A stretch of DNA of 64,000 bases from Pyrinomonadaceae bacterium (GCA_043768465.1 JAYVKL010000045.1:342-64341); one strand, 5' to 3'. Positions 43,165 through 53,054 are shown, counted from the stretch's first letter. Program-made: numbers and translations. Notes: generated from the letters alone by a model not told the origin.

Positions 43165-43313
43165 AGCGTGTTTGGAAATTCAAAAGGATTGGCAATTTTG
43201 CATTTTACATTCTTCATTCTAAATTTTTATCCGGTAAAAATTAAAAATGTAAAATGAAGAATGTAAAATTAAGCCGTCAACTTTTCGACCGAACGACTTT
43301 CCAAACACGCCCT
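43163..43313. repeat. Rep-B element, intact ~151-bp copy
   Basis: TIRs are AGAGCGTGTTTGGAAA ... TTTCCAAACACGCCCT. The core hairpin is aattttgcattttacattcttcattctaaattttt-atccgg-taaaaattaaaaatgtaaaatgaagaatgtaaaatt, built from TACATT-type heptamers. Confidence 0.8.
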
Positions 43314-43328
43314 TAGATTGTAAGCTAC

Positions 43329-43386
43329 AAAAAGCACGAAGGACGCTGAGATAGATCAATTTATCTCAGCGTCCTTCGTGCTTTTT
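43329..43386. terminator. Bidirectional rho-independent terminator (24-bp perfect stem)
   Basis: aaaagcacgaaggacgctgagata-gatcaat-ttatctcagcgtccttcgtgcttttt, between the DUF3618 gene (+) and serS (-). Confidence 0.8.
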
Positions 43387-43390
43387 GCAA

Positions 43391-44683
43391 TTATTCTTCT
43401 TTTTCGATTCTGTTCAAATTGTTCATATACGGCTGAAGAATTTCGGGAATCCGAATTGAACCGTCAGCGTTCTGATAATTCTCTAAAATCGCAATCCAGG
43501 TTCGCCCAACCGCCAAACCCGAACCGTTGAGCGTGTGAACAAACTCCGGTTTCGCGCCGCCCGTGCGACGAAAGCGCAGGTTCATTCGCCGGGCTTGAAA
43601 ATCGCCGCAGTTGGAACAACTGGAAATTTCCCGATAGGTTTTCTGGCTGGGAAGCCAGACCTCGATGTCATAAGTTTTCACTGCCCCGAAACCTAGATCG
43701 CCGGTTGATAAAACGACGGTGCGATGCGGCAAACCTAATTTCTGCAAAATCGTTTCGGCATTCGCCGTTAGTTTTTCGTGTTCTGCGACCGAGTTTTCGG
43801 GCGCGGATAACTTCACCAGTTCGACTTTTTCAAATTGATGCTGGCGAATCAAACCGCGCGTGTCGCGCCCGTAACTGCCCGCTTCCGAACGAAAACACGG
43901 CGTGTAAGCCGCATAGTGTTTCGGCAAATCCTTCGCGTCCAGAATTTCTTCCGAGTGATAATTCGTTACCGGAACTTCCGCCGTCGGAATCAGGGCGAAA
44001 CCGCGTTCGTCTTTGATGTGAAACAGTTCGTCTTCAAATTTCGGCAGTTGATTCGTCCCGAAAAGCGATTTGCGGTTAACCAGAAACGGCGGCAGCGTTT
44101 CGGTATAGCCGTGTTCGACGGTGTGAACGTCGAGCATAAAATTAACCAGAGCGCGGCTTAATCTCGCGCCCGCGCCGTTCAGAATCGCAAAGCGCGAACC
44201 CGTGATTTTCACGGCGCGTTCCAAATCCAGAATGCCCAACGCTTCGCCCAAATCAACGTGATCTTTCACTTCGTAGTCGAAATGTTTCGGCTCGCCCCAT
44301 CTGCGGATTTCGACGTTTGCCGCTTCGTCCGCGCCGATTGGAACATCGATGGCGGGAATGTTCGGCAAGTGTGAAAGCAGATCGCGCATCGCGTTTTCGG
44401 CTTCGTCGCGCTGTTTTTCGCGGGTTGTTTGTTGGGCTTTTACCTCCGCGACTTGCGCCTTCAGTTCATCGGCTTGTTCGCGTTTCCCGGCTTGCATCAG
44501 ACCGCCGATAACCTTACTCATCCCGTTGCGGGCTTGGTTCATCGAATCTGCTTCGCTGATAACGCGCCGCCGCGTGGCATCCAATTCGGCGAATGCTTCA
44601 AGGCTTTCAATTGGAAAATTGCGATTCTGTAAAGCGGTTCGCACCGCATCTAAATTTTCTCGGACGTAATGTAAATCAAGCAT
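43391..44683 (-). CDS. serS: Serine--tRNA ligase
   Basis: N-terminal coiled-coil arm. Class II motifs ([33 protein letters not shown]). Confidence 0.95.
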   Translation of the reverse strand: MLDLHYVRENLDAVRTALQNRNFPIESLEAFAELDATRRRVISEADSMNQARNGMSKVIGGLMQAGKREQADELKAQVAEVKAQQTTREKQRDEAENAMRDLLSHLPNIPAIDVPIGADEAANVEIRRWGEPKHFDYEVKDHVDLGEALGILDLERAVKITGSRFAILNGAGARLSRALVNFMLDVHTVEHGYTETLPPFLVNRKSLFGTNQLPKFEDELFHIKDERGFALIPTAEVPVTNYHSEEILDAKDLPKHYAAYTPCFRSEAGSYGRDTRGLIRQHQFEKVELVKLSAPENSVAEHEKLTANAETILQKLGLPHRTVVLSTGDLGFGAVKTYDIEVWLPSQKTYREISSCSNCGDFQARRMNLRFRRTGGAKPEFVHTLNGSGLAVGRTWIAILENYQNADGSIRIPEILQPYMNNLNRIEKEE

Positions 44684-44882
44684 CTTTTTATAAAATTACC
44701 TTTTAAAGCGAATCGGCACTTGGTAATCAAAAATTATACAAGTCCCTCTCTGCGTCCTCTGCGCCTCTGCGTGAGAAAGTATTTCACGCAGAGGACACAG
44801 AGAAAAACTCAACTCTATTGATATATTCTCAACCGCCGCTCGCATTTTAATCGTCTATTCAACCGAATTTTATGATTGGCGC

Positions 44883-44912
44883 AAAATAAAACGGCGGTCA
44901 AAAACCGCCGCG
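44883..44912 (-). terminator. Rho-independent terminator downstream of the hydrolase gene
   Basis: Minus strand reads cggcggt-ttttga-ccgccg followed by ttttatttt. Confidence 0.6.
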
Positions 44913-44937
44913 ACTGTCTTTTGTAAAATTACGTTTT

Positions 44938-45987
44938 TCAAGGACACGACGAGCCTTGCGCGTAAGTGCATTTCTGACTCCACAGAAACGACGGGCTGCT
45001 CTGCGAATTGACGACCGGCGCGTCCGTTGATTCGAGCGGCGAAATTGTTCGCCCGCCGACGATGCCGCGCCATTTGCCCATTCCCGAATCAACGCCGAAA
45101 GCGACGTTTTTCGCCGTTTGATTCGCCGTGAAAGTGTAAACGGAAAGCGCGTGCAGTCTGCGCCAAACGCCCCACGCATCATAGCCGTCAGTGGCGGCGG
45201 CGGTTTGTCCCAAGCCGTCGGTTACGGGAACGGTATGTCCGGCGTTCAGCGAACAATAAGTTTGCGAAGCGCGAATCACCTGCCATTTTCGCTCGGTAAT
45301 TTGCGGCAGACGGTTCCACACATCATTCTGCCCGATCAAATGCTGGTTGGTTGCGTCATCCCAATAAACCTGCACGATCATTTTCGCACTTGCCGGAAGT
45401 TGTTCCATATTCGTTCCCCAGTTATACCAGGGAGCCATTATAAACATAAATAATCCGTTTGCACCCCAGCCCTGCGCGACCCCGCGCCGCGCCATTTCGG
45501 GAGTCGCGCCCGCGCCGTAGGAATGTCCGGCGAAACCGACTTTGGTCGTGTCCATAATCGCCGCGTTCTGCTGGACGGCGGTCAAAAATCCGTTCCAGAG
45601 TTGGTTGTAGCGAATCGTGTGCGTCGTCAATAAACTCTGAGTGTAAGGAGAAAAAACGACGATGTAGCCGTTGCTCGCCAATTGGCGCATCAGGGTTTCG
45701 TAAAATTGATAACTCGTGCCGCCGAAGCCGTGCGCGAAGAAAATGACTGGGACTTTATTCTGCGCGGTCGCATTGCCTGGTATGAAAACCGAAATCGGCG
45801 CGGGCGCGGATGGGTCGGGATTGGTGATCGTCTGGCGCGTCACGCTCAATTGCCCGAAGCCGCCGTATTCGCCGGAGAGCGGCAGCGTCGTCGCCTTCAA
45901 ACCGCATTGCGCGATTTGCGCCTGAACCGTCGAGACGTTAAAAACCAGAATCGCCGCTGCTAATAAAATCAGGATTGCTTTTTTCAT
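44938..45987 (-). CDS. Secreted alpha/beta hydrolase (chlorophyllase/PAF-acetylhydrolase/dienelactone-hydrolase-like)
   Basis: Signal peptide. VIFFAHGFGG oxyanion region. Nucleophile elbow GHSYGAG. Confidence 0.6.
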   Translation of the reverse strand: MKKAILILLAAAILVFNVSTVQAQIAQCGLKATTLPLSGEYGGFGQLSVTRQTITNPDPSAPAPISVFIPGNATAQNKVPVIFFAHGFGGTSYQFYETLMRQLASNGYIVVFSPYTQSLLTTHTIRYNQLWNGFLTAVQQNAAIMDTTKVGFAGHSYGAGATPEMARRGVAQGWGANGLFMFIMAPWYNWGTNMEQLPASAKMIVQVYWDDATNQHLIGQNDVWNRLPQITERKWQVIRASQTYCSLNAGHTVPVTDGLGQTAAATDGYDAWGVWRRLHALSVYTFTANQTAKNVAFGVDSGMGKWRGIVGGRTISPLESTDAPVVNSQSSPSFLWSQKCTYAQGSSCP

Positions 45988-46006
45988 TTCGATATTTCTT
46001 TAAAAG

Positions 46007-46128
46007 TTAAGCAGTTGAAAAATTAAGGGCATATTTTAACAGGATGAACAGGATTAACCGACAATTCGTCAAATCTCTTTTATCCTGTCTGTCCTGTCCA
46101 TCCTGTAAATTTTCTTTCAATTGCGTAA
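46007..46128. repeat. Rep-C element copy 3
   Basis: TTAAGCAGTTGAAaaattaagggcatattttaacaggatgaacaggat...cctgtctgtcctgtccatcctgtaaattttcTTTCAATTGCGTAA. The interior is homologous to copy 2. Confidence 0.75.
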
Positions 46129-46257
46129 CTCGTATTCTTGTTTAGTTCTCGAATTCGCTCGCCGAAAATTTGTTTCTCAACCGTCTTTCACCTAAAATTA
46201 CAGTTTCGTCTGATTGCTGACTGACGCAGCCTAGAATCATAATTTATCAGTATTTAT

Positions 46258-47130
46258 ATGAAACAAAAAATTCGCAAAGCCGTTTTTCCCGCCGCCGGTC
46301 TGGGAACGAGATTTCTGCCCGCCACCAAAGCCTCGCCCAAAGAGATGCTGCCGCTGGTTGATAAGCCTTTGATTCAGTATTCGATTGAAGAAGCCGTCGC
46401 CTCCGGCATCGAATCAATTTTGATCGTTACCGGGCGCGATAAATCGGCGATTGAAAATCATTTCGACATTTCCTACGAACTCGAACATATTTTGCGGGAG
46501 AAAGGCAAAACCGAGTTTTTCGATCAGGTTCGCGCCATTTCCGAACTCGCCAAAATCTGCTACACGCGCCAGAAACAGGCTCTCGGTTTAGGACACGCAA
46601 TTTATCAGGCGAAGGATTTTGCCGAAAACGAACCGTTCGCCGTGCTTTTGGCGGATGACATTGTGGACGCGGAAAAGCCCGCGCTCAAACAGATGATCGA
46701 GGTGTTTGAAGAATTCAACGCGCCCGTTATCGCCACGATGCAGATCGCGGGCGCGGCGATTTCGCGGTTCGGCGTGATTGATGCCGACGAAGTTGCGCCG
46801 AACGTTTACAAAATAAAAGATATGGTCGAGAAGCCGAAATACGAAGACGCGCCTTCGGATTTGGCGATTATCGGCAGATATATTTTAACGCCCGACGTTT
46901 TCGACGCGATTGAAAGGACGGAAAAAGGCGCGGGCGGCGAAATCCAAATCACCGACGCGATGCGTTTAATGCTCAAAGAAAATAAACCGTTCTACGCCGT
47001 CAAACTCGAAGGCACGCGCCACGACGCGGGCGACAAACTCGGATTTTTAATCGCCACGGTCGAATTCGCCTTGAAGCGCGAAGATTTGAGCGGCGACTTT
47101 CGGGAATACTTGAAAACTTTAAAGTTGTAA
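46258..47130 (+). CDS. galU: UTP--glucose-1-phosphate uridylyltransferase
   Basis: AVFPAAGLGTRFLPATKASPKEMLPLVDKPLIQY, with VLLADD and GRYILTP motifs. Confidence 0.95.
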   Translation: MKQKIRKAVFPAAGLGTRFLPATKASPKEMLPLVDKPLIQYSIEEAVASGIESILIVTGRDKSAIENHFDISYELEHILREKGKTEFFDQVRAISELAKICYTRQKQALGLGHAIYQAKDFAENEPFAVLLADDIVDAEKPALKQMIEVFEEFNAPVIATMQIAGAAISRFGVIDADEVAPNVYKIKDMVEKPKYEDAPSDLAIIGRYILTPDVFDAIERTEKGAGGEIQITDAMRLMLKENKPFYAVKLEGTRHDAGDKLGFLIATVEFALKREDLSGDFREYLKTLKL

Positions 47131-47146
47131 TTCCAAAACAATTTTT

Positions 47147-47228
47147 AGCCGCGAACAAACACGAAAAAATACAGAAAATAAATTGACCTTTATTTTTCTT
47201 TCGTGTCTTTTCGTGTTTGTTCGCGGCT
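47147..47228. repeat. Rep-D hairpin, copy 2
   Basis: agccgcgaacaaacacgaaaaaa ... tttctttcgtgtcttttcgtgtttgttcgcggct. Between galU (+) and the convergent histidine kinase gene. Confidence 0.75.
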
Positions 47229-47237
47229 CAATCTTTT

Positions 47238-49316
47238 TTACAGGCGCGGCAGCGTGAAGCTAAACCGCGAACCCGCGCCGATTTCCGATTTAACTTCGAC
47301 CGCGCCGCCATGCTGTTCGATGATTTCCTTGACCAAAGATAATCCGAGTCCGGTTGATTCTTCTTCTTTATCGAAACCGTCACGCGCCACGCGATAAAAT
47401 TTTTGCCAGATTTTATCCTGTTCTCCCATCGGAATGCCGTAACCGCGGTCTTCGACGACGACGCGCAGAAAATCCGATTCCAGCATCGTCGAGATAATAA
47501 CGCTCGTTCGTTCCGGGCTGTAGCGAATCGCGTTGTCAATCAGATGCCTGACGGCGCGCGTAATCAAACCTTTATCGGCGGCGACCGGCGGCAGGTGCGT
47601 GTTCGCCTGTTCGACCAGGCGGATGCGCTTGCGTTTGGCATGGTCCTGCAAATCGCCGACCACTTCGCTGACCACCGCGTCGAGTTTGACCGGCGTTTTA
47701 ATAAATTCCTGTTTGTCGGATTGTTCGAGATTGGAAACCGACAGAAACGTCGAAAGCATTTTCGATAACCGCTGCGATTCGTGGGAAATGATTGTTAAAA
47801 ATTCGCGCGATTCTTCTTTGATGGCATCGTCCATCAACAACAGTTCGGCGAAACCGCTGATCGAGGTGATCGGCGTGCGAAGTTCGTGCGACATCAAACT
47901 CGCCATATCGCTGCGGAGCTTTTCGTTTTCTTTGACGGCGGAGACATCGCGGAAAGTAAGCAGAAAACACGCCGGTTTCATCAGTGCGCTCGTTTCGTGA
48001 ATCGCCGTATCGTCAAACGGAACTTTCACCAGGGAAATCTGCATATCGAGGGTTTTATTGGTCTTCGCAAAATAAAGTTCGCTCTTGAAAGTATCGCCCG
48101 TTTGCAGAACGCGCCGAATCGCCAGTTGCGGCTCGCTGAAAACGTCGGTCTTAAAGCGGTCAAGCAGCCCGAACAAATCAATTTCGTAAAATTCCTGATG
48201 GCTCAATTGCGCGAAACGCCGAATCTGCCGGTTCAGATACGCGATGGTTCCATCCAGATAGGCGACGGCGTAGGCTTCGTTCAGATATGAACTTGCCAGT
48301 GCGCTGAACGCCTGTTCCTTGATATTCGTGTGGACGAGACTGATGATGGCAAGCCGGTTTTCCGCCGATTCGCTCGAAAACGAACTTTGCCAAGACTCGT
48401 GCGGCAGCATTCGCCCGCGCAATTCTTTACGCTGAAAATTTCGGGCTAACTGCTCGCTGAACGCTTCGAGCAGATGCTGGTCGCCGCGTTCAAAATTTTG
48501 ATTGATCTGCACGAATAAAACGCCGACCGCAGCACCCGCAAAAATCAGCGGAATGGCGATTCGCGCCGATGTTTCCTCGTTTTCGGCGGTTTGCACAATC
48601 GTTTCGAGCCGCGCCAACGCCGCCTCGCAGAACCCGACGTTTTCGCGCCACGACGACTGTCTTTCGATGAAAGAGTCCGCCGATTTACCGTTTCGCGCCC
48701 GCCCGACCGGATGCAGATCGCCGTCCGCCGTGCGGCGAAAAATTATCGCTTCGGACAGCGGCAAAACCGTTTCGAGCAGGCGCAGACCGCTCTCGATTCG
48801 CAAATCCGCCGACTTTCCTTCCAACAGATAGCCTGCCGAGGCAAGCGTCACCAGGCTGTCCGTCAACGCGGTGTCAATCAGCCACAAAGTCTTAAAATGA
48901 ATAAAAACAATTGTCAGCAAAATTGTCAGTGCCATCGGAACGAACAGCAGGCTGACTTCAAAAAACCGCGCCGCGATAACACTCAAAACCAGCCACGCCG
49001 CCAGAAATTCCAGCGCATACCGCAAAGCTTTTTTCGGGCAGAATTTTTCGGTGAGCAATCCGGTAATCACGCTCACCGCGATTAAAATTAAAGGATTCCA
49101 CCAAACAAACACCGCGCCCAGCGGTTTGACAATTGCCGAAAACCCAGAGAACGCGGGAATCCAGAAGCGTCCCACCACTGAAACCAAAAGGGCAGCCGCC
49201 ACCGAAATCAACAGCGATAGCTTAATGCTTTTAAATTTAAATTTCGTCATAAAAGGAAGAATTTCGGCAGCAACGGAAGATTTGAGGTTAAAAAGAAGTT
49301 GGGTGGCGGCAAACAT
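47238..49316 (-). CDS. Membrane sensor histidine kinase (multi-TM N-domain, GAF/PAS-like middle, HisKA + HATPase_c); no adjacent response regulator
   Basis: H-box SHELRTPITSISGFAELL, N-box LIDNAIRYS and G-boxes EDRGYGIP / STGLGLSLVKEI. Start uncertain (alternative Met at MTKFKFK). Confidence 0.85.
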   Translation of the reverse strand: MFAATQLLFNLKSSVAAEILPFMTKFKFKSIKLSLLISVAAALLVSVVGRFWIPAFSGFSAIVKPLGAVFVWWNPLILIAVSVITGLLTEKFCPKKALRYALEFLAAWLVLSVIAARFFEVSLLFVPMALTILLTIVFIHFKTLWLIDTALTDSLVTLASAGYLLEGKSADLRIESGLRLLETVLPLSEAIIFRRTADGDLHPVGRARNGKSADSFIERQSSWRENVGFCEAALARLETIVQTAENEETSARIAIPLIFAGAAVGVLFVQINQNFERGDQHLLEAFSEQLARNFQRKELRGRMLPHESWQSSFSSESAENRLAIISLVHTNIKEQAFSALASSYLNEAYAVAYLDGTIAYLNRQIRRFAQLSHQEFYEIDLFGLLDRFKTDVFSEPQLAIRRVLQTGDTFKSELYFAKTNKTLDMQISLVKVPFDDTAIHETSALMKPACFLLTFRDVSAVKENEKLRSDMASLMSHELRTPITSISGFAELLLMDDAIKEESREFLTIISHESQRLSKMLSTFLSVSNLEQSDKQEFIKTPVKLDAVVSEVVGDLQDHAKRKRIRLVEQANTHLPPVAADKGLITRAVRHLIDNAIRYSPERTSVIISTMLESDFLRVVVEDRGYGIPMGEQDKIWQKFYRVARDGFDKEEESTGLGLSLVKEIIEQHGGAVEVKSEIGAGSRFSFTLPRL

Positions 49317-49449
49317 TGTTTGCTCATTAAATTATGCAATGGAACGCTCTGGAAAAGCAAGGAATTTTTCCGTCCGTCCGACGCTGCCGAATTCGACTTT
49401 TGCCCTTTGCGTCGAAAAACTTCATAATAAAAATCTTATCTGAGGCATT

Positions 49450-49962
49450 ATGCGAATACTTTCCGATTTCCGACTTCTACTGCTGGGACTGTGGTTGGGC
49501 GCGGCTTGTTTTTTGAGTTTCGCGCTGGCACCGAGTGCGTTCAGCGTTCTGCCTTCGCGCGAATCGGCGGGTGCCATCGTCAATCAAACATTGGCGATTC
49601 TCAATTACAGCGGCATCGTCAGCGGGCTGATTCTGCTGGCGAGTTCTTATCTTCCGAAGAATAATTTCAACCGCATCCGGCTGTGGATCGAACGAATTTT
49701 ACTGCTGGTCGTCACCGCCGCATGCGCTTTCGGACAATTTTTCATCGGCGCAAAGTTGCAGAATCTTCGCGCCGTTATCGGGCGACCGGTGGAAGAGTTG
49801 GCGGCGGATGATGCTTTGCGAATCGCCTTTAACGATTTGCACGGACAATCGGTGACGACCCTGAGCGCGGCGATGATTGCCGCCTTTATCGCCTTCTTTC
49901 TAATCGCGCGACGCGCCCGAAACTACGAAAATCAATTAAAAACAAATGTTGAACTCCATTAG
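49450..49962 (+). CDS. DUF4149-like membrane protein
   Basis: 170 aa with 4 TM helices. The N-terminal LLLLGLWLGAACFLSFALAPSAF pattern is typical of DUF4149. Confidence 0.55.
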   Translation: MRILSDFRLLLLGLWLGAACFLSFALAPSAFSVLPSRESAGAIVNQTLAILNYSGIVSGLILLASSYLPKNNFNRIRLWIERILLLVVTAACAFGQFFIGAKLQNLRAVIGRPVEELAADDALRIAFNDLHGQSVTTLSAAMIAAFIAFFLIARRARNYENQLKTNVELH

Positions 49963-50806
49963 AGAAAATATCGAACGCCGTCTCGGAATCGCCCGCGCCG
50001 CGCCGGTTGCCGAGAAAGCGTTGGTTGAAAATATCGTCACGATTGCCGGTCGTTACCGCAACTGGCGGACGAACGATAATTTGACGAATTATCCATTCGT
50101 CGAAAACAAAAACGTGCCTTTTACGCCGATGCGCCGCGCTCTGCCGATGCTGAATTTGGCGTTGATCTCCTCCGCCGGAGCGTATATTGACGGGACGGAA
50201 GCCTTCGATGTAACGGCGCGGGGCGGCGATGCGAGTTTCCGGGAAATTCCGATTGAAGTCGAAGCCGTCGATCTGCTTTACGCCGGGCGCGGCTACGATA
50301 TGACCGCCGTCCGTGCCGACCGCAACGCGCAGATTCCCGTTGACCGCCTGTTTGAATATCAGGAAAACGGCGTGATCGGACAATTAAATGACGTTTGGTG
50401 GAGTTTGAACGGCTGGATTCCGAATGTGCGACTCGTCGCCGAAGAACTCGCGCCGAAAATCGCCGAGCGCGTCGCCCGATACGAAGTACAAGCCGCGCTT
50501 TTGATTCCCGCCTCGCGTCTCTGTCATCAGACTTTAGGCATTGTCGCCCGCGCTCTGGAGTCGGCAAATGTTCCGACGATGATGCTTTCGGTTGACCGCG
50601 CCGCGACCGATTTGGTGCGCCCGCCACGCACGGCTTATTACACCGGCGAATTCGGCAGCGTCGCCGGCAAACCGAATTGGAGAGAATATCAACTGCGCGT
50701 TCTGGACGAAGCCCTGCGCTGGATTGAAACCTTCGACCAACCCGGCTCGAAACGGCTCGGAGTCAAGCTGGAAACCGAAATCGAACAGGAACGCGGCGAA
50801 CAATAA
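49946..50806 (+). CDS. GrdB/PrdB-like (glycine/betaine/D-proline reductase B family) protein, Cys-type homologue
   Basis: 286 aa. The family call is from overall resemblance (NLALISSAGAYI..., LIPASRLCHQTLGIVARALESANVPT). Low certainty without a search. Confidence 0.4.
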   Translation: MLNSIRENIERRLGIARAAPVAEKALVENIVTIAGRYRNWRTNDNLTNYPFVENKNVPFTPMRRALPMLNLALISSAGAYIDGTEAFDVTARGGDASFREIPIEVEAVDLLYAGRGYDMTAVRADRNAQIPVDRLFEYQENGVIGQLNDVWWSLNGWIPNVRLVAEELAPKIAERVARYEVQAALLIPASRLCHQTLGIVARALESANVPTMMLSVDRAATDLVRPPRTAYYTGEFGSVAGKPNWREYQLRVLDEALRWIETFDQPGSKRLGVKLETEIEQERGEQ

Positions 50807-50881
50807 AATTCTTTATTTCAAAAGGCAAAAGGCAAAAGTTTCAGATTGAAATTTTGCCTTCTGTTTTTTGCTTTTGCCTTC

Positions 50882-51008
50882 TATAACGGTTTTCAAATTC
50901 AAGCGACCGATTTTGCGGAAACCCGCACGAAGTAAGAGTGTTTTGACTGATGCACCATTACTTCGTGCGGGTTTCCGCATTAGTCGCACATTTCTGAAAA
51001 CCGCTATA
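50882..51008. repeat. 127-bp long inverted repeat between convergent genes
   Basis: tataacggttttca..gcgac..GCGGAAACCCGCACGAAGTA - 23-nt loop - TACTTCGTGCGGGTTTCCGC..gtcgc..tgaaaaccgctata. Includes a 20-bp perfect core. Confidence 0.8.
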
Positions 51009-51022
51009 AAAGAATCCGGTCG

Positions 51023-51904
51023 CTACCGCTTCCGGTTCTGATTTTTGAGCAATTGCCGCGTCGCCAGCCAGACGAAACGCGGATTCAGAAGCAAATATCT
51101 GCGCCAGAGACGTTTCGGTTCCTGCGTCAGGCGAAACAGCCATTCGAGTCCGAGTCTGCCCAACCATTCGGGCGATTCCTTGACTTCTCCCGCGTAGAAA
51201 TCGAACGACGCGCCGACACCGAGCATTACGGCGGAAACTTTGTCTTTATGCGCCGCCATCCAATTTTCCTGTTTCGGACAGCCCAAACCCATAAACAGCA
51301 AATCCGGTTTTTTTCGATTTATTTCCTTTGTGATTTCCGCGTCTTCTTCGCCGGTCAAAAGTCGAAACGGCGGTGAAAATGAATAAACGATATTTAATCC
51401 GGGAAAATCTATTTCAGCGCGTTTTGCAATCGCGTCAATCACCGTTTGCCGTCCGCCGTAAAATCCGACGGTCAAACCGTTTGCTTCGGCGAACGCGCAC
51501 AGCAAAATCATCAAATCGTTGGCGCGAACTCGACTGGCGTTTTTTGCGCCCTGCAATTTCTGCATCCAGACGAGCGGCATTCCGTCCGGGATTATCACGT
51601 CTGCGCCGTTGACCTTCGCGCCGTACTCGGCGTGGTCATACGATTCCATCACCATATGGACGGTCGAAAAGCAGACGTAGCCGCCGTTTCCGGCTTTCAC
51701 GAGTTCGTTGATTCGCCGAATCGCCGACTCCGCGCTGACGACGTTCGGAAACAATCCGACGACGCGGACGCGCTCTAATTCGACAGGTTTTTCCCTCGTT
51801 TCAGTTGCCTTGACAGACATTTCGCGGGTATTACAAACTGTCCGAATTTTTATTCGCCGAACCGATTTATCAGACTTTTTGATTTTAACTTTTATTTTCT
51901 CCAA
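51023..51904 (-). CDS. WecB/TagA/CpsF-family glycosyltransferase
   Basis: IIPDGMPLVWM and GLGCPKQENWM motifs. An alternative start at ATG 51820 (MSVKAT...) would remove the 20-nt overlap with tal. Confidence 0.8.
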   Translation of the reverse strand: MEKIKVKIKKSDKSVRRIKIRTVCNTREMSVKATETREKPVELERVRVVGLFPNVVSAESAIRRINELVKAGNGGYVCFSTVHMVMESYDHAEYGAKVNGADVIIPDGMPLVWMQKLQGAKNASRVRANDLMILLCAFAEANGLTVGFYGGRQTVIDAIAKRAEIDFPGLNIVYSFSPPFRLLTGEEDAEITKEINRKKPDLLFMGLGCPKQENWMAAHKDKVSAVMLGVGASFDFYAGEVKESPEWLGRLGLEWLFRLTQEPKRLWRRYLLLNPRFVWLATRQLLKNQNRKR

Positions 51905-53054
51905 TCGCTTTTTCGACCGCCGCGATCATCTTGTCGAACGGTTCGACGAACAGGCGCACGGCATCAATCAATAATTTATCGGTCGCCGCTTCCAAAGATA
52001 TTCCGGCTTTTTCCAAATTCGCCAGCGTCTCTTTCGCCGCTTCGACGTTTTCGATCAGACTTTCGCGCAGTTTGCCGTGATCGCGGAAAGCGTCCCAAGT
52101 GACGGGCGGAATCGTGTTCACCGTGTCTTTGCCGATGAGTTCTTCGATATATAAAACATCGCTGTAATCGGCGTTTTTCGTTCCCGTCGAAGCCCACAAA
52201 ACTCTCTGCGTCTGTGCGCCTTGTGCCGCTAAATTTGCCCAGCGTGTCCCGGAAAAGATTTCTTCATAAGTTTGATAAGCCATTTTCGCGTTCGCAATCG
52301 CCACTTTGCCGCGCAGATTTTCCAGCGTCGTTTTTTCGTCGCCGCTCGCCGCTTTTAATTTTTCTTCGATTTGTGAATCAACCAACGAATCAATCCGCGA
52401 CACGAAAAAACTGGCGACCGACGCGACCGAACTCAAATCGCCGTTTTCCGCCGCCCGTTTTTCGAGTCCGGCAACGTAGGCTTCGGCGACTTTGGCGTAG
52501 GCGGACTGCGCGAAGAGCAGCGTTATATTAATGTTTATTCCTTCGGAGATGAGTTGCTTGATAACGTCGAAACTGACGGCGGTTGCCGGAACTTTGACCA
52601 TTAAATTCGGGCGGTCAACGGCTTTCCACAAACGCCGCGCTTCTTCGAGCGTCCCGTCCGAATTATCGGCGAGCGCGGGCGAAACTTCCAAAGACACATA
52701 ACCGTCGCGCATTTTCGTCTGCTCGTAAACGCCGCGCAGAGCGTCCGCCGCCGTCCGAATATCTTCGATGGCGATTTTTTCGTAAATCTCGATTGCGCTC
52801 AAACCTTTTTCGTGCGCGAGTGCGGCAATCGAATCTTTATAATGCTCGCTGCCGATGGCTTTTTCAAAAATCGCCGGGTTTGAAGTCATTCCCTTCAAAC
52901 CGTCCTCGTCAATCAGACGTTTCAGTTCGCCCGTCGTAAAAAGGTCGCGGCGAATGTAATCGAGCCACGGCGACTGCCCGTATTCGGCAAGCTGTTTAAG
53001 CGAATTCTGTTGTGTTTTTGCTGATTCCATAAATCTCCTTTCCTGCTTTTCCAA
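51885..53054 (-). CDS. tal: Transaldolase
   Basis: GMTSNPAIFEKAI, active-site Lys context LMVKVPAT, and NITLLFA. Confidence 0.9.
   Translation of the reverse strand: MEKQERRFMESAKTQQNSLKQLAEYGQSPWLDYIRRDLFTTGELKRLIDEDGLKGMTSNPAIFEKAIGSEHYKDSIAALAHEKGLSAIEIYEKIAIEDIRTAADALRGVYEQTKMRDGYVSLEVSPALADNSDGTLEEARRLWKAVDRPNLMVKVPATAVSFDVIKQLISEGININITLLFAQSAYAKVAEAYVAGLEKRAAENGDLSSVASVASFFVSRIDSLVDSQIEEKLKAASGDEKTTLENLRGKVAIANAKMAYQTYEEIFSGTRWANLAAQGAQTQRVLWASTGTKNADYSDVLYIEELIGKDTVNTIPPVTWDAFRDHGKLRESLIENVEAAKETLANLEKAGISLEAATDKLLIDAVRLFVEPFDKMIAAVEKAIGENKS

Noticed and set aside
49946-50806. GrdB-like ORF as a selenoprotein
   Set aside because: The frame has no in-frame TGA. The position I would expect for Sec appears to be Cys (…SRLCHQT…). 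It is treated as a Cys homologue with low-confidence family assignment.
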